A stretch of DNA of 64,000 nt, from contig NW_019217946.1 in NCBI RefSeq assembly GCF_002571385.2, positions 357,427 through 421,426 on the forward strand, given 5' to 3'. Source of the stretch: Stylophora pistillata. Its lineage: Eukaryota. Under the pieces are notes generated by a model, which was given only the letters and a program-made list of their open reading frames with translations, was not told the origin of the DNA and searched no databases. Position numbers and translations under genes: made by a program. Shown in pieces: positions 12,933 to 25,532 of this stretch (position 1 is its first letter; each line of letters starts with the position of its first letter).

Positions 12933-15107
12933 GTTTAATGCAACGATTATGCTACTGGTTTTTCTAGACGCATCGATTTCCTTTATTGGTGAGTTGATGA
13001 GTAGGCGAAAAAAAATTCAGTTTGAAAGTAGAAAGGTTACCATTGAGATCATCTTCAAATCCAATTTTGCTCGTGTTCGAACAGTTTCTTGACCAAAAAT
13101 TTCCAGAGGCACATAGGTTGTTTCATAAAGATAAAAAAGGTGAAGTATTTCAGCTCCCTTTATTCCTGGCTTGTTTAGTGTAAATTTGATTGTAAATGAA
13201 ATGGAGCCTGACCGTGGATGACCAGTTGGTATCACTTTATTGCGTCTTAGTGGACATCTATGTCTCCTCCATGGAATGAAAAAAATTCTCAGCCAAGATC
13301 CAGCCCTCTCGAATAAAAATGTTGGTCTTATCTCGCTATTTTGCTTGTCGTCAAGATATAAGCTAACAATAACACAACTTCATCAGGAAATACTTCTCAT
13401 TAAATCAAGTATTCTGTTCTTTGTCACTCTCCTTTTGCATTGTCTCCATTACTCTTCACCCATTTCCGCCCCTTGTAATCGTTATTCAAAGCCAAAGCAC
13501 AGCCCTTTAATCAAGGCAAATACTTGGTGAATGGAATAATGGATGTTCTACCTAATGGTAACTTGAAACTTCGCCTGGATGCAAGAAAGGAAAGCAGCGG
13601 AGCTGGTGAACAACCCCTAAACCCCACAACTGTGTTACCTACAAGTGGCTACACGACTGAACCTCCCACTGGGGGAGCTACCAGCACGGGAACAGCACCA
13701 ACCCCCGGGTCGACCATTGGATTCAGTACGACGCCTGGGTCCAGTATATCCCCCGGAATAAGAAATCCAGGTACGACGGCTCTTCAAAGGCGTAAAAATA
13801 TTTTGCTGATAAAATTATAGTGTCAGTATCTACAATTGATAGTAATAGGACTGAAAATAAGTTATTGTCAGAAATATTGTCAGATTTTCTTGTTTTCACG
13901 TCCTCACATTCTAAGAATAACATTCAAACAAGAAAGGTCCTCTCTTACACTCGAGTAATGCTTGAAAAATTATATATTGAATATCGCAGATGATCATTTT
14001 AGGGACGGTCATCGTCTCCATGTTTGAAAGAATTATATAACACTCTTTAAGTTTCCCGAAAGCAGCAAACGTCGATAAATGGCGATCAGCCACCAAATTA
14101 GGCAGAGGGAGAGCTACAAAAATATGGTCCTTGCCATACGAAATTAAAGACAGTACAAGTTTTCATCTACAGGCGGCAATCCAAGACGGGTTGCACTAAA
14201 CTTGCACAACGACCACCGTCGAGTACACAATGCTCCAAGAATGAGGCTCACTTCCCAACTAAACGATGATGCTCAGAGGTATGCAGACAAACTTGCCCGT
14301 GAAAGTTTGTTTGTTCATGACCAACAAAATAGAAGGCAAGGAGAAAATCTGAGATTGCAATGCGCCCCTGGAAGTGATGTAGATCTGGTTAAGAAGGCTG
14401 TTGATGCATGGTAAGCCTCACCAAAGGCAATGCAAATTTAGTAAAATGTAATTTGGAGTCGACTTTTAGTGATCTGGAGTAAAGCTTAGAGCAAATCCCT
14501 AGTGAGTGCCGAATGTATTCTGGGATTGAATTGGTTTTGCTTATGTTTGCCTAATCATTTTTTCTAAAAACCTCACTAAAGCCAACTAGGAAATAGTCGC
14601 TGAGCATTACGTGAAGTACCAGTAAATACTGACCAAGAAAACATGCATTGAATTTTCTGCCGATCTATTACTGTTGTTGTTTTGATGTTGTCTATAAATA
14701 GATAAATAAATGCCATTGCAGTGCCATTAGAATAGCTTCCATCCGCTCTCTCATTTTTCAGGTATAACGAGGTTTGTACGTACAATTTCGACAATCCTAG
14801 AGCAAGTTCTGGCGTCACCGGTCACTTTACTCAGGTCGTGTGGAAAAAGAGCACCAGGCTTGGCATTGGGCTCGCCAGAGGAAGCTACGCATTTGGTTCA
14901 CACTTATTTGACAACTGCCTGTTTGTAGTCGGTCGGTATCTAAAACCAGGAAACGTATTTGGTGCCTATCAACAGAATGTTTTGAGGGGCAGCTTTAACA
15001 GGCAGATGTGTCGTTCTTCAAACACTTCCGGAAAGAGAAATAAGCTGTTCCGAAAACTAAATTCGGGAGAAAGTAAAAGAAAGAGCACCTTAGAGATGGT
15101 TCTATAA
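12933..15107 (+). CDS. CAP-1: secreted CAP/SCP (GAPR-1-like) protein with N-terminal hairpin motif and T/P/G linker
   Basis: Exons 12933-12988, 13492-13770, 14173-14410 and 14762-15107 join in frame with GT-AG sites. Signal-like FNATIMLLVFLDASISFIAKA. CAP motifs LHNDHRRVH, GENL, WYNEVC, GHFTQVVWK and VVGRYLKPGN. Confidence 0.85.
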
Positions 15108-16364
15108 CTAAGGGAAAACCATATTATATGATGCACTTTAGGAAGGATGGAATAAAGTCATCTGTGGCAAATAGATAATGGCTATGCTTACCTTGGTTTG
15201 ATTTTATTAACTAGCAATCAAAGAAGAGTTCATAGAAACAGTTGGTCGGTTAATATTATTGGATTCACAACATAGGGAAATATGGCCGCGCATGAAAGAG
15301 AATTTATCTCATGGCTCTTTCGAGGAAATCGAGATAAAACTGAAGAATAAGCAAAAGTTTTGGAATATCTACATAAGGTGACATAAAATTCAACCACAGT
15401 TTATAAGTAAAACAAAATAATGTGGAAGGACACGGCCATGAACACCTTTCAGTGTTCAATACTTAATCGCCTTGAACTTAATTACTAAGAACTGTGATAT
15501 CAACGGAATCACTTTCACAAATTTACTGTAAACCAACATAGTGCATTGGATAAGAACGGAGAATCCTGATTAAAATCGCTTGACCAATCAAAGTGAAACC
15601 AATGGAAGATGGGACTTTGTACCCTGATGAGTTGGGTAAGAAGATAAGACTGACTACAATGATTTCCGCTTCATTTAAGCCAGGGTGGAAAACGTAAGAT
15701 AATCGTAAGCTTACGTGCATACAAAAAGAAATAAAGAGTTCATTATCCTGCTCTGTGTATGTTAAAGATCCGGAACTATGCATCATCATGAAATTCTTCA
15801 CATCATATTACCGAGGTTATTGTCCTCTACATCGATATGAAATGGGAAGGCTTATGTCATCTAAATACAGGTGGGTAGTTTCAATTCTTTAGCTATGGGA
15901 GGATTACGACTGACAGGAGGCCAAAAAAGCTCCACTCTCAACTTCGTATTTCTACTCCTTTAAAACCTAGAAAATGTAAGAAACGTTTGAAAAACTAGCA
16001 AACCTATCTTTTGAACAAAATGATTTGGTGATGTAACTCCATGATTGACGCCATCAATTTTCCATTGAAGAGTATAGATCTACGTGTATCTACTGACTGT
16101 GCGTCGCAGCTTGATTTTCAAAAGTTATAAACCCTCGATTTTTGAACTTTTTGGGAGAGAAATATTGTTTTTATTCCTTGCCTCTTCCTTTCAATTTGAA
16201 AACCTATTTTTTTTCTGCTATTTTTATTCATCAGGAATCTAAAGAATTTATTTTGGTTAAATTATCATGGCCTTGTCGTTTGGTTAGGTTTGTTTTCACT
16301 GAGAGGTAAGATCTTTTGCTCGTTGGAAACAATCATTTATCATACAACTAAGAGACTTTCAGAC

Positions 16365-18480
16365 ATGATTGTCATGGGCGTTTTTATATTCTTATATTTG
16401 TGTTCCACAGTAAGTGCAGGCTCGTTGCGAATTCCTGTAGAGGGACAGCTCATATACGACAGTTCATCAAAGATGGTAGATCTCTGTCTGTCGGCGCACA
16501 TGTGTCCACCGTGTGTTTTTGACACTCTTTGTAACCAGGGCGGAATTTATCCCATGCAAGGAACAAATGCTCTACCTTACTCCAGCAACGCTTCGCCGTT
16601 AACCTCTGTTTCAACGACCCCAACATCACCGTTAACCTCTGTGTCATCGACCCCAACATCTTCGAGTTCGGAGCTAGCCTCGACAGAGTCTCCTTCAACC
16701 ACCGAAGCTACCACGCAGATTATTTCCACGACGGAGGAACCGGCTAGTAGTACAACAGCATCAACCCCTTCCAGCAGCAGCATCACTGATCACACCCCTT
16801 CATCGGTGTCTGAGACAACTTCAATCACAGAGGCTACAGAAACAACCGAAAGTGGTAATCTAAGTCCTACAACATCGGTCACGGCCTCAGCAACAACGGT
16901 CGGTGGGGGAATTGACGCAGAGACAGGTAATTACATGGTTTTTATCGGACAAAAATCTGATATAGGGAACTAAGTATGAGAAAATAATCGGGACCTACTG
17001 GTCTCCCTGACAATTGAAACGATCCACTTTCCCATTTTTTTCTGCACTGGTCTGAAAGAGGGCTGAGATACAGGTTCGAGTTATAACCGCCGCCCAGTTA
17101 GCTCAATGGATAGAGCGCTGGACTGTTGTGCGGGAGGTCAAGGGTTCGAGTCCCGGCCGGACCAACACTCAAGGTCTTAAAATAATTGAGAAGAATTTGC
17201 TACCTTTCTATAACATCAAGAAATGGTCAGATATTCTAGTCTTCTCGGATAGGGACGAATAAATGGAGGTCCCGTCTCCTGCAGGGCTGGGGGAAGGAGA
17301 CGTTAATTTCCCACACACGAGATTACTGTGTGATGGATGTCCTCCCCTTGGGTGGGATGGTTGGGTTTACTTGACCCGCAGTAATTGGCGCAAGCTGTTG
17401 CGGTGTCCCCTGGCGAATCAAATAAATTAAAATTAAATTAAATATGTACAACTACGTATTGTAGTGCTTTCTGTTTCGGGGGGAGGCTCAATGTCCAATT
17501 CATTCGTTATCAACGGGTATACCAAAATACCAGCGTTCAATCGTTTTGCAGTGTCTTACATAGCCCGATTCGTCCTTTTCAACCTTTAAAGTGCGAAGTT
17601 TCTATAGCTTACATCAGTTCCTTTTTGCTTTATTAACATATAGATGTTCACCAAAAGGGATTGGATAAGCACAACTATTATCGCAAAATACACAACTCAC
17701 CTGCACTAAGTCTGAGCTCACAGTTGAACAGTGATGCCCAAAAGACTGCTGAAAGAATTGCAGCTCAGGGTAAACTTGTCCACACTGACGACTCGGAGTT
17801 GGGTGAAAAAGGAGAGAATCTTGGAAAGTTGTGCGTAACGGACGAAACTCTAGAAGAGGTTATAGTTAAAGTTGTTGAGAGATGGTGAGTAGATTATGGG
17901 GCTGGTAAAATCCTATGAAGTTCTCAAAAAAAAAAACAAATTAATGCTGCAAAAATGCAGGAAAAGCAGGAAAACTTTGGTTTTACATCACTGTGCTATG
18001 CAATTGGCCTAGAGAAGCAAAACAATATATTGTGTAGTTTTATAATTTTTTTTATCAATATTTAGGCAGAAAATTAATTTCTGGTTAATTCTGGAACAAC
18101 AAGGTCTGAAAACTAATGCAAAAACATTTTTTTTACTTTCTTTTTCGTTGTACTGAAGGTATAATGAGGTTTGTAAGTACGATTTTAGCAAGCCAGAAGG
18201 GTCACAGTCAACTGGACATTTTACACAGCTCGTTTGGGCCTCGACTAGAGAACTCGGTCTCGGATGGGCTAAAAAAGATGAAGGTGACTTCCCTTGTTAC
18301 TATGTAGCGGGAAGATACAGCCCCGGTGGAAATATTGACAACAGATTTGAAGAAAACGTCATGAAAGGAAGTTTCGACTCCTCATACTGTTCATCAAAAA
18401 GGCGAACTCTTAAACGTTTGAGAGACCCGGTCTGGCCAAAATGGTATAATGTTATCGTAAGAAGTCTCCACCATTACTAA
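16365..18480 (+). CDS. CAP-2: secreted CAP protein with Cys-rich mini-module and S/T/E mucin-like linker
   Basis: Exons 16365-16926, 17644-17884 and 18159-18480. Signal MIVMGVFIFLYLCSTVSA. CAP motifs HNYYRKIH, GENLG, WYNEVC, GHFTQLVW and VAGRYSPGGN. Confidence 0.88.
17086..17420 (+). mobile_element. tRNA-derived SINE in a CAP-2 intron
   Basis: Same family as 4193. B box GGTTCGAGTCC and an A-rich (TTAAA)n tail. Confidence 0.8.
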
Positions 18481-19210
18481 TTTAGTCATACTTTAAAAAC
18501 TCGTTTTATTCCAGTTTGAGATGCTTCGGTATCCCTTCTTACAATTGTCATGATAAGGGAAAAAGGAGCGAGGTACAACTCTATAATTTTACACAATCAT
18601 TCATGTCGACATTACATATCACAAGCCAGACCAAGTATGGACCCTTGTGGGACGCCAGACTTTATTTGCTCAGAAGCAGACTGTGCGCTGCCATAGACAA
18701 CAGATTGACATCGATTTATAAGATAGTTCTCAAACCACTTCAGTTCTTGGTTTTGGATGTCAAACCCAGGCAATTTCTTTATGAGAAGTTGGTGATTCAT
18801 CGGTCGAAGGCTTTTCGAAAGTCGACAAACACCGCTGCCGTAACGCGACCATCGTCTATACCTTTCCTAATACAATCCGTGAAATATGTTACCGCGTCCT
18901 GGGTAGAGTGATTTTTCCGAAACCCGCACTGGAAGGGAGATAGCTGGTTGGACTTTTCTAAATGATGGAGTAGCTGAATTTCCACGGCTCTTTTAAGGAT
19001 CTTCGAAGCCACCGGTAAAACGGAGATGGGACGGCAGTTATCCATACACGTATTATCCCCATCTTTATATAGGGTCACCACCCTTGCATATTTCCATTCC
19101 TCCGGTACAACTGCAGAGGAAATCGAGAGATTTATTATGGCTGTTAGAGGAGCTGAAATGCTTGAAGCCGCATCCTTTATTAGACGGGCTGGAATTCCGT
19201 CAAGTCCTCT

Positions 19211-20350
19211 AATAATAATAATAACTTTATTTCTATAGCGGTATATACAAAAGCTCTTTATCGCTTTACAATCTAATAAATATCTAACTAACAATCTTAC
19301 TAAGACAAAATCAATTAAAAGCAAGTATGAAAAGATAAGTTTTCAATCTAGATTTAAAGACGTCAACTGATCGACTTAATTTAATGTCTAAGGGAATATC
19401 ATTCCAGTGCTTTGGGGCAGCGACTGAGAAGGCCCTGTCCCCATAGCTCTTCAGGCGCACATTCGGTACTTCTAATAAATGTTTGCTAGCTGACCTAAGA
19501 TTTCTTGTAGGGCTATATGGGACTATAAGTTGACTTAGATACAGAGGCGCCAGACCATTGAGAGCTTTAAAAGTTAACAGTAATACTTAAAAGGTAACTC
19601 GCTGCTCCACTGGTAACCAGTGTAGCTCCTTAGGGACGGGGCGAATGTGTGCAGTCCTAGGGTGCCCAGCTACGAGGTGTGCAGCGCAGTTTTGAACGCG
19701 CTGGAGCTTCTGAATGATACACTTGGGTGACCCGAGGAGCAACGAGATACAATTGTCCAGACGACAAATAACATAAGCATGAACGAGGGTCTTTGTGCTC
19801 TCAGAAGTCAAATACATTCTGATCTTAGCGATATTACAAAGATGGAATAAAGCAGATTTACAAACGGAACTCACATGCCTATCGAGCGACAAGGTTTCAT
19901 CAAAAACCACTCTTATGTTCCTAGCTTTGTCAGACCGCTCAACACGATGATCACCAACCAGAATACTGTCCAAAGATGGGCGTGGCCTATATTTTGAACT
20001 GATAACGAGTAGTTCCGTCTTGTCCCTATTCAACTTAAGAATGTTACAAGACATCGAACGATCGATATCTCTAACACAAGATTCAACCCGAGCGACAGAA
20101 TAAGCCTGATCATCCCCACAGAGAGAAATGAAAGACAGATACAACTGAGTATCATCAGCATAGAAATGATAGCCCATGTTGTATTGCCTGACAATATCCC
20201 CAATGGGTAGGTATAGAGCAGATATAAAATCGGTCCCAACACAGAACCATGTGGTACTCCGCACGACAGCGAACGCGTGACAGACCGCGCACCACGAATG
20301 CTCACAAAATGAGATCTGTCACTCAGGTACGATTTAAACCAGGCCAGAGC
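19211..20350 (-). mobile_element. 5'-truncated L2-type LINE nested in the CR1-like element
   Basis: [30 protein letters not shown] and LHWLPV, with a (TTA)n 3' tail at 19211-19225. It splits the host sequence SLRSS / RGLDGIP. Confidence 0.85.
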
Positions 20351-21323
20351 TAGATCGCAAAGACTTCTGCGCTCAGATGGTTTCTGTTAAGAGTTGGGAT
20401 ATTAGAAAGCAATTTCTCCACAACAGTTGCAAAAATGTGCAAAGACCATTTGCAATGGTGATAGCATCCGTAGTTGTTTTTCCATCTACTGTGATAGGCT
20501 CAATCGAAGCTGAAGTTTGAGGTGTAATCGATTTGTTGGGTTCATCCTCGGTGTAAATTAAAAACCTGTGAAGCTCACGAGTGACGTAAAACAAAGACAA
20601 CAAAACATTATAAACAAGAGCATACAGCAAAACAATACCTCATGAAACAAAGAAAACCTCGTCAGGTTTTTAGACCGAGGATGACCTATTTGTTGGGAAG
20701 GACTTTCTTAACAGCTTTCCAGAAGTTTTCGGGATCATCAGAATTTTCTTCTATGATTCTGCGATTGTAGCTGGATTTAGCTCTGCGAACCTGATTTCTC
20801 AGTCTCTTATATCTGGACCAGTGTAACTCGGTGTTTGTCCAGCGAGCTTGGCGGTAAAAATGATCTCTCTCTGTCATTACTTTCTTTATCGTGTTTGACA
20901 ACCAAGGGGTGTTTCTGCCGCGAACTTTCTTTTCAATCTGAGGTGCGTGGTTATCAACAACGCGCAAGAAACTTGTTCTAAAGTTCAACCACACATCATT
21001 GACATCCTGACACTCACTGACGTTATCCCACGAGACAGATGACAGTTCGTCTTTAAATTGAACAGCACAGTACTTGCTGTGGTTTCTGCATTTTATCGTC
21101 CGTGGTTTAAACTTCAGCGAATTCAAATTTCCAACGAAAGCCGACATGTCATGATCACTAAGCGCTGACTTGACTACCTTGACTGAGGTAATATTGTGGT
21201 TGACAAGTACAAACAATATCAATAAGAGTTTGGGATTCCCTTGTGACTCTTGTAGGCTCGTTAACTACCTGTGTCATGTTTATGCTTTGAAGAATGCGTT
21301 AGATCTTCTTTGTTTCACCTTAA

Positions 21324-21902
21324 AGTGCCCATAATGTCAAAAAATTTTTTTCGTTCATCTAATTCTACATTTCACCAAATGAACTTCTGGGAAAAAATTT
21401 TCGATTTGGATAAAACGCAATTTTTTTATAATTTTTTAAAGACATTCAAATTTGCCGCTATTTTGGTCCAACATTCGCACCAGTCTTCCTCGGTTTAAAG
21501 TGAGTCGTGACGTAGGTTCAGGAACACGTGATTTTGGGTTGAGACTTATCTGACTTGAAAACAAGTGGGAATTTGCTTCAGAGTGGTCACAATATCGTAA
21601 GCTCACAATATCGTAAACGACACGCACTCGACCAGTGGGTTTATATGCACTTTAAGGTCAAGTGAGGTTCCTGAACCTACGTCACAGACATCAGTCACGT
21701 GGTAATTTTGAGCACGTTATTCTTGTGATAAGCGGCAGGGGTCGACCGCAAGAAAATAGAATTTTGAACTTTTTTTACGAATTTTGTAAAAATTCGTAAA
21801 AAAATCGCGTTTTATCCAAATCGAAAACATTTTTCACCGAAGTTCATTTGGTGAAATGTAGAATTAGATGAGCGAAAAACGTTTTTTGACATTATGGGCT
21901 CT
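21324..21902. mobile_element. Non-autonomous DNA transposon (Kolobok-like MITE)
   Basis: ~110-bp TIRs AGTGCCCATAATGTCAAAA... / ...TTTTGACATTATGGGCTCT with AG...CT termini. TTAA TSD at 21320-21323 and 21903-21906. An internal inverted repeat lies at ~21507/21667. Confidence 0.8.
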
Positions 21903-24871
21903 TTAACACCTCGCACCAGGTAAAAAATTACAATTTAAATCGCCCATTATAATCACTTCTTTCATTAGCAATTTCTAAAACATTCTCAAACGACGACACA
22001 ACTCCACATTCAAGAAATCAGATCCTTTTGGGGGACGATAAAGTGTTCCCAATAAAATCCCTTTTGAGTGAGGCTGAATAAGTTCTACCCATATAGTTTC
22101 TAGGTCAGGTTTTTCTAAATCTTCCCTTCTAAACGCCGATAAAGAATCTGCTAAATAAACAAGAACCCCGTCACCTCTGCGTTTATTTTGGCGATCCTTG
22201 CGGTAAAGTTTATAGCCATCAATCTCTATTTCAGTATCGCAAACATTGTTAGAAAGATGACGTTCAGTTATTCCAAGAATACTAATTCCTTTGTGCGACT
22301 CTAATAAAACACGAGCTTGGTCAATCTTTGGTAGCAAGGATCGGATGTTTTGATGACATACCTTTAGGCCCTTCGAAAGTAACAACTCCGAAAGACTTTT
22401 AAGTTTAGGGTAGGCTGTGTTATCTCTCTCGGTGACTTCCTCAGCGTCCATCACGCCACCTACACTGCAGCTGTCACAACACTTGCTGTCCTCGAACGAA
22501 ATTCCGATACACTTTAGGTGGAAAAGACCATTGCATGCTTGACACGAAGCTTCACCTTGGTTCCTTCGGATTGTCTTAAGACAAAGTAAACACGAAGGAC
22601 GCTTAGTGTGGTTTACCGGACCAGGGTTTAGAGATATATTTCACACTTGCAACAGAATCCCGGCGGCGAAAAAATAGTTCACCAGTATAATTAACTGTCC
22701 AGGGTTGCCAAATTTGAAAGTAGTTCTGAAGTCTCGCTTTCCACAAGGAAAGCCTTCCCGACAGCCGAATCGAAATTTCCCTTGTTTTCACGTCTCCCGT
22801 AACGGCCATCGAGGTGATAAAATTAACAGAGGCATAACTTGGTTCAAACGAAGCGAAGCTGACAAAATGGCACGTCAAAGAATTCGCACCATGTTGTGAG
22901 CAAGGGATAACTTTTTGGGGCGAAAGTTGAGCAGCGCCGACTGAACGACAAGGAAAACCACAAAGCACAGCAAAACATGACCAGACGCCATGATACTTGA
23001 TGCTTTCCGGCGGGACACAACTGTCGAGCAAAAACTTGTCAAACTCCAAACAGATTCCCTCGAAGAGCTGAATCCTAAAAGTATTTTCTGGGAAAAATCA
23101 TTAAACAGCTAGGCGTTCGACCGAATTGGTCTGACACTTATGGGAAGGTAGCTCCTCTGGGGGTTTTCGCTCAGTAGTGCGAATTGGTCTTTTTAGGTGC
23201 GAGTTTGTAGGTGGCGAATTTGCAATGGGACGAAAATTCTAAACGGCTGATCACTTTGTGAAAAGTTAGACATCATTGGACCGATTTAACCCCGAAAAAT
23301 GTTCAAGTAAATCTCTTTTCTACCTATCACTAATACCTCCCTGTTGACGATTGTCTTCATCATGGTCACAAAGGGTGAAAACGAAATTTATCTCTAAACG
23401 CCTTTATGATTGGTTCTAAATCTATTAGAACCAAAGTTTACACACCATGGCCAAGTCTATGTTTATAGGTAAATGCTTCTGGCTTTATGATAAAATAATT
23501 AGTTATTTGAAAAGCATAACTGGCTTATTTGGGTCGTGCTGTAGGACCCAAAAGTTCCCTAACCATTTTAAATGAATGAAAAATGGTTGCTGTGTTACCT
23601 CTTGTAGGCTTAGTCTCAAATTAACTGAGCAAGCTAGGAGCTTAATTCTCTCTTTGAGTGGACAATTAAGTGTCTCACTTCATTTCTTCTTTCTTCATAA
23701 AAGCATTCTGAGATTTCAAGACGGGGTTGGCTTTTCATACAAAGAGAAACCGACCAAAATTCAGCTGGAAAGAAAGCTATTAGCCAATGTAGTCACGTCT
23801 CGGAGAATTTCATGTAATTCTAATATTTTTGCCCAACCAACCCTTCAATGCATCTACCAGTTGAATGGGCACGGTTCTCTTGTGACTGGTATGTGAGCAG
23901 AGGTCTTGTGTTACTGAATTCGGTCACACGCTGAACACCAGCGCCTTTCAATTGAACTGAAGTTAATATTGATGGTAGTTTTGTTCAAATATTTGAACGA
24001 ATGGAAACAAAAGCAATTCATTTATTTGGATTTTTGACACGCCCTCCTGAAGACTGGAGTTAGGTGAGTTTTAGAGAGAATGTGGTTTCAATGTTTTCCC
24101 GAGGAAAAACCGTTTTAAATACCTCGAAATTATTTACCTGTGACTTATCTACCGCTAGAGCACTACACGACTTTATTTCGTAACAGATCTTGCTTTGAAG
24201 AAGTTTTGTTTTACGCTTGAGAAATGTATCGGGATAGCGATTAAAAAGTCAGCTACTGACGATTTTGTTTTGGAAAAAAATAATGAAAAAAGGTTTATAA
24301 CGAAAGTCTTTAATTCAAATTCTAAGGTAATGGAAGATTACTTCACGTATTAGAGGCTCCTTTGCTTTCCTTACATCGCTTTACATCTCCAGACAAAACA
24401 TAAGAGATCCTCTTTTACTTTAACCGTAACGCAATGAATTATTTAAATTAAAAGAGTAAATCAAAGTAGAAAAAGACAGACTTATCTCAATATCTACCTC
24501 TCACTAGAAATTTCATTCGCTAAGACGCGATACTTAATATACTGGCATGGATAATACTTGGATAGTTTTCATGGTATTAAAGTTGTTGATGAAGGAAAAG
24601 TTGGGTGTTCATTTAAGGTCTTTTTTCTGAAACTGTTTACTCCTAGCTTACCTCTAACATCACATCGTTAATTCAAATGTGGAATTAAAAACGATACCCC
24701 TGTGAAACAAAGATGGAAAACAAAGCATGAGCTAAGAATTCTGAGCGTTATTTTGCTACAATGCTCCTAAAAAATTTATCAAAACCTACTTTTCCGAATC
24801 TTTTATGTAAATTGAAGTTTTTAAATTTTGATGATCAACTTCCCACCATAGGGCTCTTACGTGTAACCATC

Positions 24872-25451
24872 ATGACCGGGCCTTTCATTTTCCTGACCAT
24901 GATTCAAGCAATATATGCCACGAATGGTAAGTGACAATTATGTTAGTTATCTTGGAAGGATCATTTTACCCACAGTTCCTACGGGAGGAAGGATAAGCTC
25001 TTGACAAAGTGTTGTCAAGGACTGAGCCCAATCATTTTTGCCGTAGTAACTTTGAATCACTTTCGACCAGCAATGATAATTATCATTATAAAAATATTAG
25101 GGCTACTTTTATTATTAACAGTAGTGCTGTTAGTGGATTAGTATTGTAAGCATCTTTTTTATCATTACCATCATTTCTTACATTATTATCATTATAATAG
25201 TCTTAATCAAAATCATTAGTTTCGCTATCATTATTATGATTGCCATTAATAGAACTATTATTGGAATGAAGATAACTGTTACGAAAGGTAAGCCTGTTGT
25301 GCTGTTAGACTCTTTCAAAACTTAGCGAACATTTTATTTCTACACCAACACTCGATCGGTTAGCAGCAAAAGAAAATAGTCAAAATATACGATCACATCA
25401 CAGGGCATTAGTGTTGAAGGACCCAAAACGTATTCTACGCAGATAAAGCTA

Positions 25452-25532
<81 letters not shown>

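Larger units (their letters stand above)
18620..23060 (-). mobile_element. Degraded CR1/Jockey-group LINE (PHD finger, AP endonuclease, RT), 3'-truncated
   Basis: The - strand encodes a PHD finger CLLC...CQAC..FHLKC...CDSC (~22470-22595). APE motifs HQNIRSL, GITE, YRPP and SDHD follow, then RT motifs GLDGIPARLIK, RPISVLP, QCGFR, VFVDFRKAFD and GVPQGSILG. It stops before YADD. Confidence 0.85.
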
